This document shows positions 47,913 through 55,836 of a stretch of DNA of 64,000 bases, piece by piece. Position numbers and translations under genes: made by a program. The stretch is taken from sequence record NC_061443.1; one strand, written 5' to 3'. Numbering within the stretch: the stretch's first letter is position 1; the number at the start of each line of letters is the position of its first letter. The notes under the pieces were generated by a model. That model was given only the letters and a program-made list of their open reading frames with translations, did not search any database and was not told the DNA's origin.

Positions 47913-50236
47913 ATCACCTTACGAGACAGACTGGACGTTCCACCTTTCTTGGTAACTGTCCATTGATTGTTAGAGAAGTGCTCGACGTCATTCGGAGTTA
48001 TCCAGTAGATGTTAGGGATAATCTGTTTGAGAATCGGCAGGAAGTTTTCGATGATGTGCTCACTCACTGCTGGGCTGCAACTGTTATCAGGCTCGTCGAG
48101 GATGATAAAGTTCGTGCGGCGGTTAGCAGGAATGAACGGCATGATCGCAACAGCGAATAGCAGTCTAAAGCAGTTAGTCTCTGCACCGCTCATGATACCA
48201 ATGTCCGTAGTCTTCTTGGAAGTCATACGAGTCACGGTAGCACCAACACCCTGTTTAGTGCTGAACAGTTCGAAGTGCATCGGCTCGGGGAAGACAAGGC
48301 TGGAGTATTCGTTCAGCTTGTTTTCGATCTGCTTCAATCGACTTTCGACTGCTTTCAATTTGAGAGCGTTGTTCGAGTATGCCTTATACAGGACTTCGAA
48401 CACCTTGCGCTTATCAATCAGAGGCTGGAGCTTGGACAACTTACCACGTAGTTCACGTAATGTTTCTTCGTAGTGCTCATGCTCCTGAATGCGCATCTGG
48501 ATGTTCTGCGCTTTACGTTCCTTCTTGTCGATATCATTACGCAGAGATTCGGATTTCGTTTCGATATCCTTGTAGCGACCATCGAGCAGGTAGAACGGAT
48601 CTTCCGGCTCACCGATAGCTTTCATCGCAGCAGTCAGGTCTTTCAGAATCTCAAGGTCCTTGATTCGGTTCTTGATCGTCTTACGAGCTTTCTTCGGCTG
48701 CTTAACCGCTTTAGGCTTCTTGAGCGCTGCCTTACGTGCTTGCAGCTTCTCCAACTTCTTCGCCTGTTCGAATTGTTCTTCGATAGCGTCGAGTTGTTTG
48801 CCTAGTTTCTTGATTTGTTTCTCAAGAGCGGCACGGTCATGCTTAGGCTTCTTCACCTTGTCGTCTTGCAACGCAGTGAGTTCGGCATTCAACTTGTGAT
48901 AGTCGATAGCCTCAATACACTCGTCAATGATCGCTTGTGCTTTGGTTGCAGCGCGAGCCATTGCTTTGAGGTTGACACCCTGTCCGCAGGTAGGGCAAGA
49001 GTTGCCGTCGTGGTCGTGTTCTTCAAACGCACGATAAACCTGAACTATTGCTTTGGATTCTGCACGGGCATCCTGTGCTTCTTCCTGAGTTCGTTTAGGA
49101 CTTTTGAGCTTAGACAATCGCTTGGTGAGCTTCGCACAGGCTTCTCGCCAGTCGTCGTACTCTTCCTGTTGTTCATCTACTTTCTCCAGTAGTTCCTGCG
49201 CTGCCTCTTCCTCTTTAACCAGCTTGCCATGTTGCTTACGCAGCTTCTTGTTATCAAGGTCGGCAACGTCACCGAGTGCTTTGATTCGTTTCTTAACGTC
49301 AGCAAGTTCCTGTTCGTACTCGTCTAACGCCTCAACGTAATCATCGTACTTGTCGTGATCAATCAATTGACCACGCAGGTCATTCAGTTCGCCTTTGAGA
49401 TCAGTTGTCTCAATGCCGAGAGTGTCCAGTTGGTGTTTCAGCTTCTCATACTTACGCGCATTGCTACGCGCCGTACTAAGCTCCAGCAGTTCTTCGTTCA
49501 GGCGATTACGCCGCGCTTTCATCTTGTCCAGATGTTCGATGATAGCTTTCAGCGTGTTCTTTTCTTCGGCGTGAATGGACAGCGCGTTCTGCTTACGCTG
49601 TGTCACGTCTAACATGTCAGCCAGACCTTTCGATTCTGTCTCGGCGTCTTTAGCCAAGTCCAGTTTCTTCTTCAACGCCATGCGGATGTTGTCAAAGATA
49701 TCGAGATTGAACAGACGAGTCAGGTAGACCAAACGATCTGCTGGTGTAGCGCGTTGGAACGGATGCGATATCTGCGACTGGATGTAGCAGTAGCTGTAGA
49801 ACTCTTCCTTGGAAAGAGGCCAGTGCTTCTGCACCCAACCGCGCGCTACGTCCTGACGACCAACTTTCTGATCTTCCTTGTTATAGTACACCTGATACTT
49901 CGTAGCTGTCTGCACGATACGCACAACGCCACCAAGAGGTGAGTTCCATGACAGGTCAATCGAGCTACCTTTGCCGAGCATGTTCCCCTTGTCTTTCTTC
50001 TTCATTGCAAGAGGATCAGCTTCATACAGCAAAGTAGGTATTGCCGCGAACAGCATACTCTTACCTACGCCGTTCGTGTTGTCCTTAACGTTAGGACTAT
50101 CGAGGTTCTTTCCGCAGATTGTTGCGAAGCCCTCTTTGTCCAGGCCATCAATGTCGAGTTCCTTGTACACACCAACGTCGCGCAAGTGAATCTCTTTGAG
50201 GCCGATACCGTGCTGCTGTACTTTCTTTTTGGCCAT
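47909..50236 (-). CDS. sbcC: SbcC/Rad50 (T4 gp46-like) ABC ATPase
   Basis: Walker A with loop insertion GKNL...NGVGKS, Q-loop, coiled coils, zinc hook CPTCGQ, signature MSGAE, Walker B ILDEPD, H-loop position ITPN. Confidence 0.9.
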   Translation of the reverse strand: MAKKKVQQHGIGLKEIHLRDVGVYKELDIDGLDKEGFATICGKNLDSPNVKDNTNGVGKSMLFAAIPTLLYEADPLAMKKKDKGNMLGKGSSIDLSWNSPLGGVVRIVQTATKYQVYYNKEDQKVGRQDVARGWVQKHWPLSKEEFYSYCYIQSQISHPFQRATPADRLVYLTRLFNLDIFDNIRMALKKKLDLAKDAETESKGLADMLDVTQRKQNALSIHAEEKNTLKAIIEHLDKMKARRNRLNEELLELSTARSNARKYEKLKHQLDTLGIETTDLKGELNDLRGQLIDHDKYDDYVEALDEYEQELADVKKRIKALGDVADLDNKKLRKQHGKLVKEEEAAQELLEKVDEQQEEYDDWREACAKLTKRLSKLKSPKRTQEEAQDARAESKAIVQVYRAFEEHDHDGNSCPTCGQGVNLKAMARAATKAQAIIDECIEAIDYHKLNAELTALQDDKVKKPKHDRAALEKQIKKLGKQLDAIEEQFEQAKKLEKLQARKAALKKPKAVKQPKKARKTIKNRIKDLEILKDLTAAMKAIGEPEDPFYLLDGRYKDIETKSESLRNDIDKKERKAQNIQMRIQEHEHYEETLRELRGKLSKLQPLIDKRKVFEVLYKAYSNNALKLKAVESRLKQIENKLNEYSSLVFPEPMHFELFSTKQGVGATVTRMTSKKTTDIGIMSGAETNCFRLLFAVAIMPFIPANRRTNFIILDEPDNSCSPAVSEHIIENFLPILKQIIPNIYWITPNDVEHFSNNQWTVTKKGGTSSLSRKVM

Positions 50237-50436
50237 TAGAAATACTCGACAGTTTCTTCCTGCACAAGATTGGTACCGTGAGTCTGCGCAAACACATCGA
50301 TCTCGTCTTGAGTGTAAGGCGTTGAGGACTCGGCGATAACATCATACGAAACAGATTCATCGCGCGTGTTAGACACAACGGGTTTGATGATGCGCCACAG
50401 CGGCAAGGAGATTGGCTCACGCTTGACTGTATTCAT
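50236..50436 (-). CDS. Small hypothetical protein (start corrected to MNTVKRE)
   Basis: TAATG coupling on both ends. Confidence 0.55.
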   Translation of the reverse strand: MNTVKREPISLPLWRIIKPVVSNTRDESVSYDVIAESSTPYTQDEIDVFAQTHGTNLVQEETVEYF

Positions 50437-50645
50437 TAGTGGAATACTCCTGCAGGCTCTACCCATAGGTCTGGTGCATTGTACTGCGCACGAAGTTCAT
50501 TCATCTGATCGTCAGACAAAGGACGGTCGGAAACGAGAATGCACTGAGGAACTTTTTCCTCTTGACCTGTTACAGGATGAATGTCGCGGTCGTGGCGCAT
50601 GACATTCCAGCGTTTTGATACTGAGATATTGATGGTACGTTCCAT
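50436..50645 (-). CDS. Small hypothetical protein (start corrected to MERTINISVSK)
   Basis: AGGT RBS-like; CTGTAAATA at 50684-50692. Confidence 0.55.
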   Translation of the reverse strand: MERTINISVSKRWNVMRHDRDIHPVTGQEEKVPQCILVSDRPLSDDQMNELRAQYNAPDLWVEPAGVFH

Positions 50646-50683
50646 AGTCAAGGACCTATGTATAGTGTATGAAAGATACTCGT

Positions 50684-50692
50684 TATTTACAG
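50684..50692 (-). promoter_or_regulatory. CTGTAAATA motif upstream of the sbcC operon
   Basis: Exact copy after a terminator-like hairpin. Confidence 0.65.
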
Positions 50693-50726
50693 TTTTAAGG
50701 CATATAGACAAAAAGAAGGGCCACCA

Positions 50727-51011
50727 TTAGGCAGCCCCTGCGAATACTTTACGCACCCCATTATCCAGATAGTGGTCCGCATAGAAAGGTCCGTTCTCAT
50801 TTTCAATACCAATACGACGGCAGAGTTGGCGACGCAAGCGCTTAGGCCAAACCATCTCGTCTTCCAGCAAATGGATAACAGCAGGCATAGCTTCCAGTTG
50901 AGTCATTGTCAGGTCACGAATCTTGTCGTCAATCCTGCAGAGTTCAGCGTAGTCCTGTTCAGGTGTAGGCACAGAACGTTCAGGCTTAGAAAGGTCTACT
51001 GTGATTTCCAT
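50727..51011 (-). CDS. Hypothetical protein
   Basis: 94 aa; MEITVDLSK resembles the MEIFVSLSK tag; followed by a hairpin/U tract at about 50710-50739. Confidence 0.6.
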   Translation of the reverse strand: MEITVDLSKPERSVPTPEQDYAELCRIDDKIRDLTMTQLEAMPAVIHLLEDEMVWPKRLRRQLCRRIGIENENGPFYADHYLDNGVRKVFAGAA

Positions 51012-51457
51012 CAGTATCTCCGTGGCTTCTTGATTTTCTTAATCGTGGACTTCGGACGCTTGATTGCCCGCAGTGCTTTACGTGCTTCGATAATCTTCTT
51101 GGACAGCTCTGAGCGTTGCTTCTTGACGGCATCCGTGTCTTGCTCTGTACCTTTCAGTTTATCCAGACGATTCCACTCATTGACCAAACGATCAACCACA
51201 CTGGCACGGGATACACGCTGTTGGTTAGTACGTACAATGTCCTGTTGCTTCTTTACGGAGTCACGGGTGTTGTTCACTTCGTCACGCGCAGACTTCACAC
51301 CTTTCGTGTCACCGTCAGATTGCTTGTCGTTCAGTTTCTTACGGGCAACCTGTGAACGTCTTTGAGCACCCTTGAGATCATCTTTCGAGTTCTCCAGGCT
51401 GACCTTTGTGTCTTCGAGTGGGCTGGTACGCGCACTCAAACTGATAAGTATTTTCAT
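51011..51457 (-). CDS. Basic coiled-coil protein with ISLSA tag
   Basis: MKILISLSART; K/R-rich C-terminus. Confidence 0.65.
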   Translation of the reverse strand: MKILISLSARTSPLEDTKVSLENSKDDLKGAQRRSQVARKKLNDKQSDGDTKGVKSARDEVNNTRDSVKKQQDIVRTNQQRVSRASVVDRLVNEWNRLDKLKGTEQDTDAVKKQRSELSKKIIEARKALRAIKRPKSTIKKIKKPRRY

Positions 51458-51466
51458 ACTGACCTC

Positions 51467-51498
51467 AAAAGAAAAAAGGGCGACCCGAAGGCCACCCT
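51467..51498 (-). terminator. Rho-independent terminator
   Basis: Minus strand AGGGTGGCCTTCGGGTCGCCCTTTTTTCTTTT. Confidence 0.75.
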
Positions 51499-51589
51499 GT
51501 GTAGAATGGCGCGCTATGCACCCGACTGGTTAGGTCTACTACGATTATTTAACCTCGCAGTAGTGAGCGAGGAGATGGGGATCACCTCC

Positions 51590-52126
51590 TCATGCGGATT
51601 GAAGTTGAATGATTTCTTCGTCTTCGATATCCGCGCCAGACCACGAACGAATCACGGATGCGTTACCACGATTGCCTGTCAACATTGTCTTAACTGCTGG
51701 ACGTGCTTCGCGTTCTGCATAGTGGTCGATAAGAGCTTTGTCATTAGCGAACCACAAAATGGAGTGACCACCTTTAGGGCAGACCAGGAATTGTGCTGGG
51801 TGCTGAGGTACGTTCAGCGTCATGTAGAAGTCGCCTGCGCCTTCAGGACCCATCATAGGCATAGGCTTCATAATCTGCTGGAAGTCTTTTGCATCTTTCA
51901 GACGCACATCACCCAACAACCAAACAGCACCTTCTTCACCCTCACGCACGGCGCTCAATGTGCCTTTACGCGAAGTGATAGATCCGAATACGTCTTGATC
52001 GAATCGAGCCAGCCCAAAGATAAGCGATGCGAGTTTCTTCAAATCAGGAGTAGTGCATGGACTGTCGATTTTAGCCATGCCCTCAGACCCGACTGTAATC
52101 TTCGATAATGAAACAAAGATTTCCAT
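51590..52126 (-). CDS. Hypothetical protein with VSLSK tag
   Basis: MEIFVSLSKIT; CTAATTT motif at 52163-52169. Confidence 0.65.
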   Translation of the reverse strand: MEIFVSLSKITVGSEGMAKIDSPCTTPDLKKLASLIFGLARFDQDVFGSITSRKGTLSAVREGEEGAVWLLGDVRLKDAKDFQQIMKPMPMMGPEGAGDFYMTLNVPQHPAQFLVCPKGGHSILWFANDKALIDHYAEREARPAVKTMLTGNRGNASVIRSWSGADIEDEEIIQLQSA

Positions 52127-52162
52127 ATTGTCTTCCAGAGCTGTATGATTAATTGTGTTATG

Positions 52163-52169
52163 AAATTAG
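52163..52169 (-). promoter_or_regulatory. CTAATTT motif
   Basis: Intergenic, after a terminator, before 52126. Confidence 0.6.
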
Positions 52170-52190
52170 TGTTCGGTCAGACAATTCTGA

Positions 52191-52225
52191 AACAAAAATG
52201 GGCAGCACAAAGGCCACCCATTTTT
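52191..52225 (-). terminator. Rho-independent terminator after the clamp loader
   Basis: Minus strand AAAAATGGGTGGCCTTTGTGCTGCCCATTTTTGTTT. Confidence 0.75.
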
Positions 52226-52232
52226 CACTTAT

Positions 52233-53519
52233 TTACTTCTTCTTTTTCTTTTTCGCAGGCTTGTCGTCTTCGTCGTCCTCACCGAACTTGACCGCCAGCT
52301 TACCTTCATAGATATCAGCCATGAGAGTAAGCACTTTGGACTCCAGCATAATGTCTGCTGGTACGGACGTTGAGTTGAAAGCGACTTCGGCATCTGCCAA
52401 CACGGATTGCAGATACACAAGACTGACCAGGTTGATCTTGATGTTATCCTTACGTGTCATGTTCAGGAACATCTTGAGTCCAGCCGTCTGCCACTTATTC
52501 GTTTCAGCAGCATGACCAATCACACCGTGAATGATCCAACGAGCTTTCGCTACCATCGCACGTGGGTTGTTCGCTTCACGCAGGAACTGAATAACACCAA
52601 TCAGGTCCATCGACAGATACGCACCAATCATCTGGACGGCCTTCGCTTCCATGTCGATTTCTGGATCTGCTGCCGCGAGTTCGGCAACGAGGTTCTTATC
52701 GAACTCCTCACCACCACGTACGGACGCATAGATGTTCTGCAACATCGTGATTGCGCCACGCATCTGACCACCAGCATACTCTGCTACCTGATGCAATGCT
52801 GTCTCAGCTTTATCACGCGCCTTGTCTTTCTTCGGCAAGATAGAAAGCTGGTCGCTAATCTCAACCAGACGCTTATGGATTACGTCAGTAGGGATAGGTC
52901 TGATAGGCAGTTGCGTCATGCGGCTGATCATCGTGTTCTTCATCTTCTCAGGGTTCGTTGTTACGAAGATGAATACAACGTGAGCTGGTGGCTGCTCAGT
53001 GATTTTCAACAGCTTGGATTCTGCTGCGCTGGACATTAAGTGGGATTCATCGAAGATGAACACACGGCGTTTGAACATAGGACTCAGAGGTGCCGAGTCA
53101 ACAATCTTCTGGCTACCGTCCACTTTACCTGCATCGCCACCCATGTCAAACTCTTGCTCGTCAGGGTGCGCACCACGGTCGTGCATCTCACACGAACGAC
53201 ATTTACCACAGGCGCTGAATGTTTCGCAGTTGATATACTTCGCCACAAGACGAGCGAACGTTGTCTTACCAGAACCGAGATGACCCGTGATGATCATCGT
53301 ACTAGGAACTGTCTTCGACTTCTGCCAGCCCTTCATGATCTTAACGATGTGGTCTTGTCCCACATAGTCTTCGATACGTTTTGGTCTAAACTGATCAGCG
53401 AAGTTAATCGTGGTCAGTTCACCCGACTCAGAAGAATCGCCTTTCTTCTTCTTCGACGGCTTACCATCGTCAAAGCTACGCGCCTTCTTCTTTTTCTTTT
53501 CGTCTTTTGCCATTTTCAA
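52233..53519 (-). CDS. dnaX: Clamp loader ATPase, DnaX (Pol III gamma/tau)-like
   Basis: FRP....DYVGQDH, GHLGSGKTT.AR, zinc module C...ACG.C.SC, FDESHLMS, LLKITEQPP.HV.FIFVTT, TMISR, GGQMR. Confidence 0.9.
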   Translation of the reverse strand: MKMAKDEKKKKKARSFDDGKPSKKKKGDSSESGELTTINFADQFRPKRIEDYVGQDHIVKIMKGWQKSKTVPSTMIITGHLGSGKTTFARLVAKYINCETFSACGKCRSCEMHDRGAHPDEQEFDMGGDAGKVDGSQKIVDSAPLSPMFKRRVFIFDESHLMSSAAESKLLKITEQPPAHVVFIFVTTNPEKMKNTMISRMTQLPIRPIPTDVIHKRLVEISDQLSILPKKDKARDKAETALHQVAEYAGGQMRGAITMLQNIYASVRGGEEFDKNLVAELAAADPEIDMEAKAVQMIGAYLSMDLIGVIQFLREANNPRAMVAKARWIIHGVIGHAAETNKWQTAGLKMFLNMTRKDNIKINLVSLVYLQSVLADAEVAFNSTSVPADIMLESKVLTLMADIYEGKLAVKFGEDDEDDKPAKKKKKK

Positions 53520-53550
53520 TTCGCCCTTTGTTCTAATGCGTTACACCAGT

Positions 53551-53559
53551 TATTTACAG
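53551..53559 (-). promoter_or_regulatory. CTGTAAATA motif upstream of the clamp loader gene
   Basis: Exact copy after a terminator. Confidence 0.7.
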
Positions 53560-53567
53560 TATTTAGA

Positions 53568-53607
53568 CAAAAAGAAAGGACCACATCCAAAACGGAGGGT
53601 CCTTTTA
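53568..53607 (-). terminator. Rho-independent terminator
   Basis: Minus strand AAAAGGACCCTCCGTTTTGGATGTGGTCCTTTCTTTTT. Confidence 0.65.
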
Positions 53608-53659
53608 CGTGTAGTAATAAAGTTTGGAATGATAACGCATCGGCAGTGGGCGCTGGCGA

Positions 53660-53857
53660 TTAGGCAAAGCTCAACTCCCAGCGTGGTACAACGCGGAAGA
53701 AGCGCTTAAAGTGGGATGGTGGGTCATTCTTGATTGACTCAAGTTTCTGCTCCACTACATCGTAATCTTTTATGCCACTCTCGACGGTGTGAGTGGTGAA
53801 CGTACCGTCAGCCTCAATCAAGTCGGCGACAACACGGTAGCTTGGTTTACTCTGCAT
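53660..53857 (-). CDS. Small hypothetical protein
   Basis: 65 aa; AGGAGA RBS; CTGTAAATA at 53897-53905. Confidence 0.6.
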   Translation of the reverse strand: MQSKPSYRVVADLIEADGTFTTHTVESGIKDYDVVEQKLESIKNDPPSHFKRFFRVVPRWELSFA

Positions 53858-53896
53858 CTATTCTCCTGAAACGATTTATCTCGTTGCTCTGAATTA

Positions 53897-53905
53897 TATT
53901 TACAG
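53897..53905 (-). promoter_or_regulatory. CTGTAAATA motif upstream of 53660..53857
   Basis: Exact copy. Confidence 0.6.
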
Positions 53906-53948
53906 ATTACTGGAGTAGTCACAAAAGATTAAAGTCAGACAATTCTTA

Positions 53949-54195
53949 AACTCCAATAGCAACTCACAGGAATTGTTATTGGAGTTCACCCTCAGGCAGA
54001 TGACGGTCTGCGCGAAGGTGTTCTCCCCGTGTCTTTCGAATGCGCCGACACGGTAGCGCTCGCGGTCTTACACTCTTATCCTGCATCAGGTCGGTCGGCA
54101 GGTAGCAGGTACCTGACGCAAAGAGCAGCCGCTATCGGCCATTAGCGATAACGCGGTGTTACGCTTAACGGCCTAGGTGACTCTGGCCGAGTCTG
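53949..54195. ncRNA. Candidate structured non-coding RNA (unassigned family)
   Basis: ORF-free in an otherwise gene-dense genome; at least six adjacent hairpins (see findings). Confidence 0.35.
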
Positions 54196-54197
54196 TA

Positions 54198-54251
54198 CAA
54201 AAAAAAAGAGTTCGGCCTATCCCCAATTCGGCAAAAAGAACAGGCCGAACT
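54198..54251 (-). terminator. Terminator with alternative (bistable) pairing
   Basis: Minus strand AGTTCGGCCT-N23-AGGCCGAACT followed by CTTTTTTTTT; a second GCCGAAT lies inside the loop. Confidence 0.7.
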
Positions 54252-54296
54252 AAACAGTCAACACACACTCCATGTGCGCTGTTTTGTACTGTAACA

Positions 54297-54325
54297 AATT
54301 AGAAACAACTTGAAATATTCAGACA
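54297..54325 (-). promoter_or_regulatory. Sigma70-like promoter TTGTCT-N17-TCTAAT, overlapping a CTAATTT motif
   Basis: Minus strand AAGAA TTGTCT GAATATTTCAAGTTGTT TCTAAT TTG. Confidence 0.5.
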
Positions 54326-54329
54326 ATTC

Positions 54330-54917
54330 TTAGTTCAACATCGGAAGAAGATTTTCTAAGAAATGCTGGCGATCAAATGAACTAATTCGGTGAGGATGGT
54401 TGATGTGCAGGTTCCATCCTTTGTCGAACAGCAACACGTTCTTCGGCAGGACAACGTTAACGCCAACGCGAGTGAAGGAGTCACGCACGGCAGTAACTGG
54501 ATTATCATCTACAAGAATCCAAGTACCTTCACCGTACGTCGCATTCAGGAACGCAACCTTGTCTGGATGCTCACGACTATCGAGGCAGTGAATGTGATCG
54601 AACAGCGACAAGTGTTTAGACAGAGACTTGCGGGTGTATCGTTCACCCTTCTCATGATAACCGCGATGTGTACAGATGCCTGCGCTGAATCCATCACGTA
54701 CCAACATAGCTACGGTCTGAATGAAGTAATCGCGCATGTTGGCTTTCAGCATGAAGCTACCATCGTTCAGCATGTCAACGAAAGGTTGCTTGCCGTTCTC
54801 TGGCGTAATGTACGTATCGGTCCCTGGGTAGATTCCCCAGTTCATCAGATAACACAACATGAAGCCGTGCGTATCAAATGCCGTGTCGTCCATGTCGAAG
54901 AAAATATGTTTGATCAT
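54330..54917 (-). CDS. HAD-superfamily 5'(3')-deoxyribonucleotidase-like phosphatase
   Basis: Motif I FFDMDDT, motif II ICTHRG, K in PDKVA, motif IV LVDDNP. Confidence 0.82.
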   Translation of the reverse strand: MIKHIFFDMDDTAFDTHGFMLCYLMNWGIYPGTDTYITPENGKQPFVDMLNDGSFMLKANMRDYFIQTVAMLVRDGFSAGICTHRGYHEKGERYTRKSLSKHLSLFDHIHCLDSREHPDKVAFLNATYGEGTWILVDDNPVTAVRDSFTRVGVNVVLPKNVLLFDKGWNLHINHPHRISSFDRQHFLENLLPMLN

Positions 54918-55261
54918 TAATGCCTCGTGCTCTTAACTACCAGAGGAATATCGTTAATGAATGCCAGTGTCAGCAACTCGCTGTTAAAGCGCAGGCGCAT
55001 TTCATCAGCATTCGTAACAAGGATAATATCGGACAGAGGGTCAACCTTGAAGATTGGAACCTCAATGAGAACGGCAGTATCTTCATCTTCATCCGCATCA
55101 ACAATGAAGTAAGCGCCGTACATTAAAACAGTATCACCAGAATCGACGAGATGACCTACGATTGCGTCCTCTCCGTCCATGATCATGTGCAGAGGTTGAT
55201 CGATGTAGTAACCGCTATCATCGTCTGCTCCGAACTCAAAGTGGAAATCATCATCGCTCAT
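54917..55261 (-). CDS. Small acidic hypothetical protein
   Basis: 114 aa, D/E-rich, coupled start/stop. Confidence 0.6.
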   Translation of the reverse strand: MSDDDFHFEFGADDDSGYYIDQPLHMIMDGEDAIVGHLVDSGDTVLMYGAYFIVDADEDEDTAVLIEVPIFKVDPLSDIILVTNADEMRLRFNSELLTLAFINDIPLVVKSTRH

Positions 55262-55263
55262 GG

Positions 55264-55836
55264 TTATGCCCTCAGATCAACCAGTATCGAAGCACTCAAG
55301 TCTCGGAGCATGTCTCGTCCAAGAGAGGTGTACATCGTCTGCGATACAACTATACGTTCTAGGAAGAGGCGTGAACTGGTAACGTCATGGCCTGTCTTCT
55401 GCCGAACGAACTCAATGATTGAAGACGAAGGCTGAATGAGGAACGTGAGTATCTCGGCATCGTGTAGCACGTTACCCATTGCTGTCACAGGACGCATTTC
55501 TGTTTCCTGATCGAGGATGTATGAGATGACTCGGTCTTCATTGCCTATATTGCGGAAGAGCTTAAAGAACTTTCGTGCCGACTTGACGGTGTCCATAAAG
55601 TCGTAGTTGGGATTCGTCGGCATACGTAGGAAAAGGGAAGCGAGCAACAAGTTTATTTCTAACTGCGGACCTTGTTCAATGTTCAACATCGCATGAGAAG
55701 TCAATACAACATTCAACGAGAAGTCACGAGTATAGAGCGGGTGAGAGGTCGCTGTCTGATCAAAGTAGTCAAGGGCGGAACGCAACCCCTGACGTATTAA
55801 CAGGTGCTCTGCTTTGATTCGAGAAAGGCGTTGCAT
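55264..55836 (-). CDS. Hypothetical helical protein, possibly a degenerate HD-domain
   Basis: LLLASLF and VLHDAEIL loosely recall HD helices; the canonical HD dyad is absent at the expected site. Confidence 0.45.
   Translation of the reverse strand: MQRLSRIKAEHLLIRQGLRSALDYFDQTATSHPLYTRDFSLNVVLTSHAMLNIEQGPQLEINLLLASLFLRMPTNPNYDFMDTVKSARKFFKLFRNIGNEDRVISYILDQETEMRPVTAMGNVLHDAEILTFLIQPSSSIIEFVRQKTGHDVTSSRLFLERIVVSQTMYTSLGRDMLRDLSASILVDLRA

Noticed and set aside
47909-50236. MSGAE signature and elongated Walker A loop as a sign of an inactive SbcC
   Set aside because: Walker A Lys, Walker B DE, Q-loop and zinc hook are intact; such signature variants are common in phage Rad50/gp46 homologues.
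51553-51572. Hairpin CCTCGC-N8-GCGAGG in the gap after 51590
   Set aside because: Single short stem with no U tract or supporting context; possibly a processing or stability element but unsupported.
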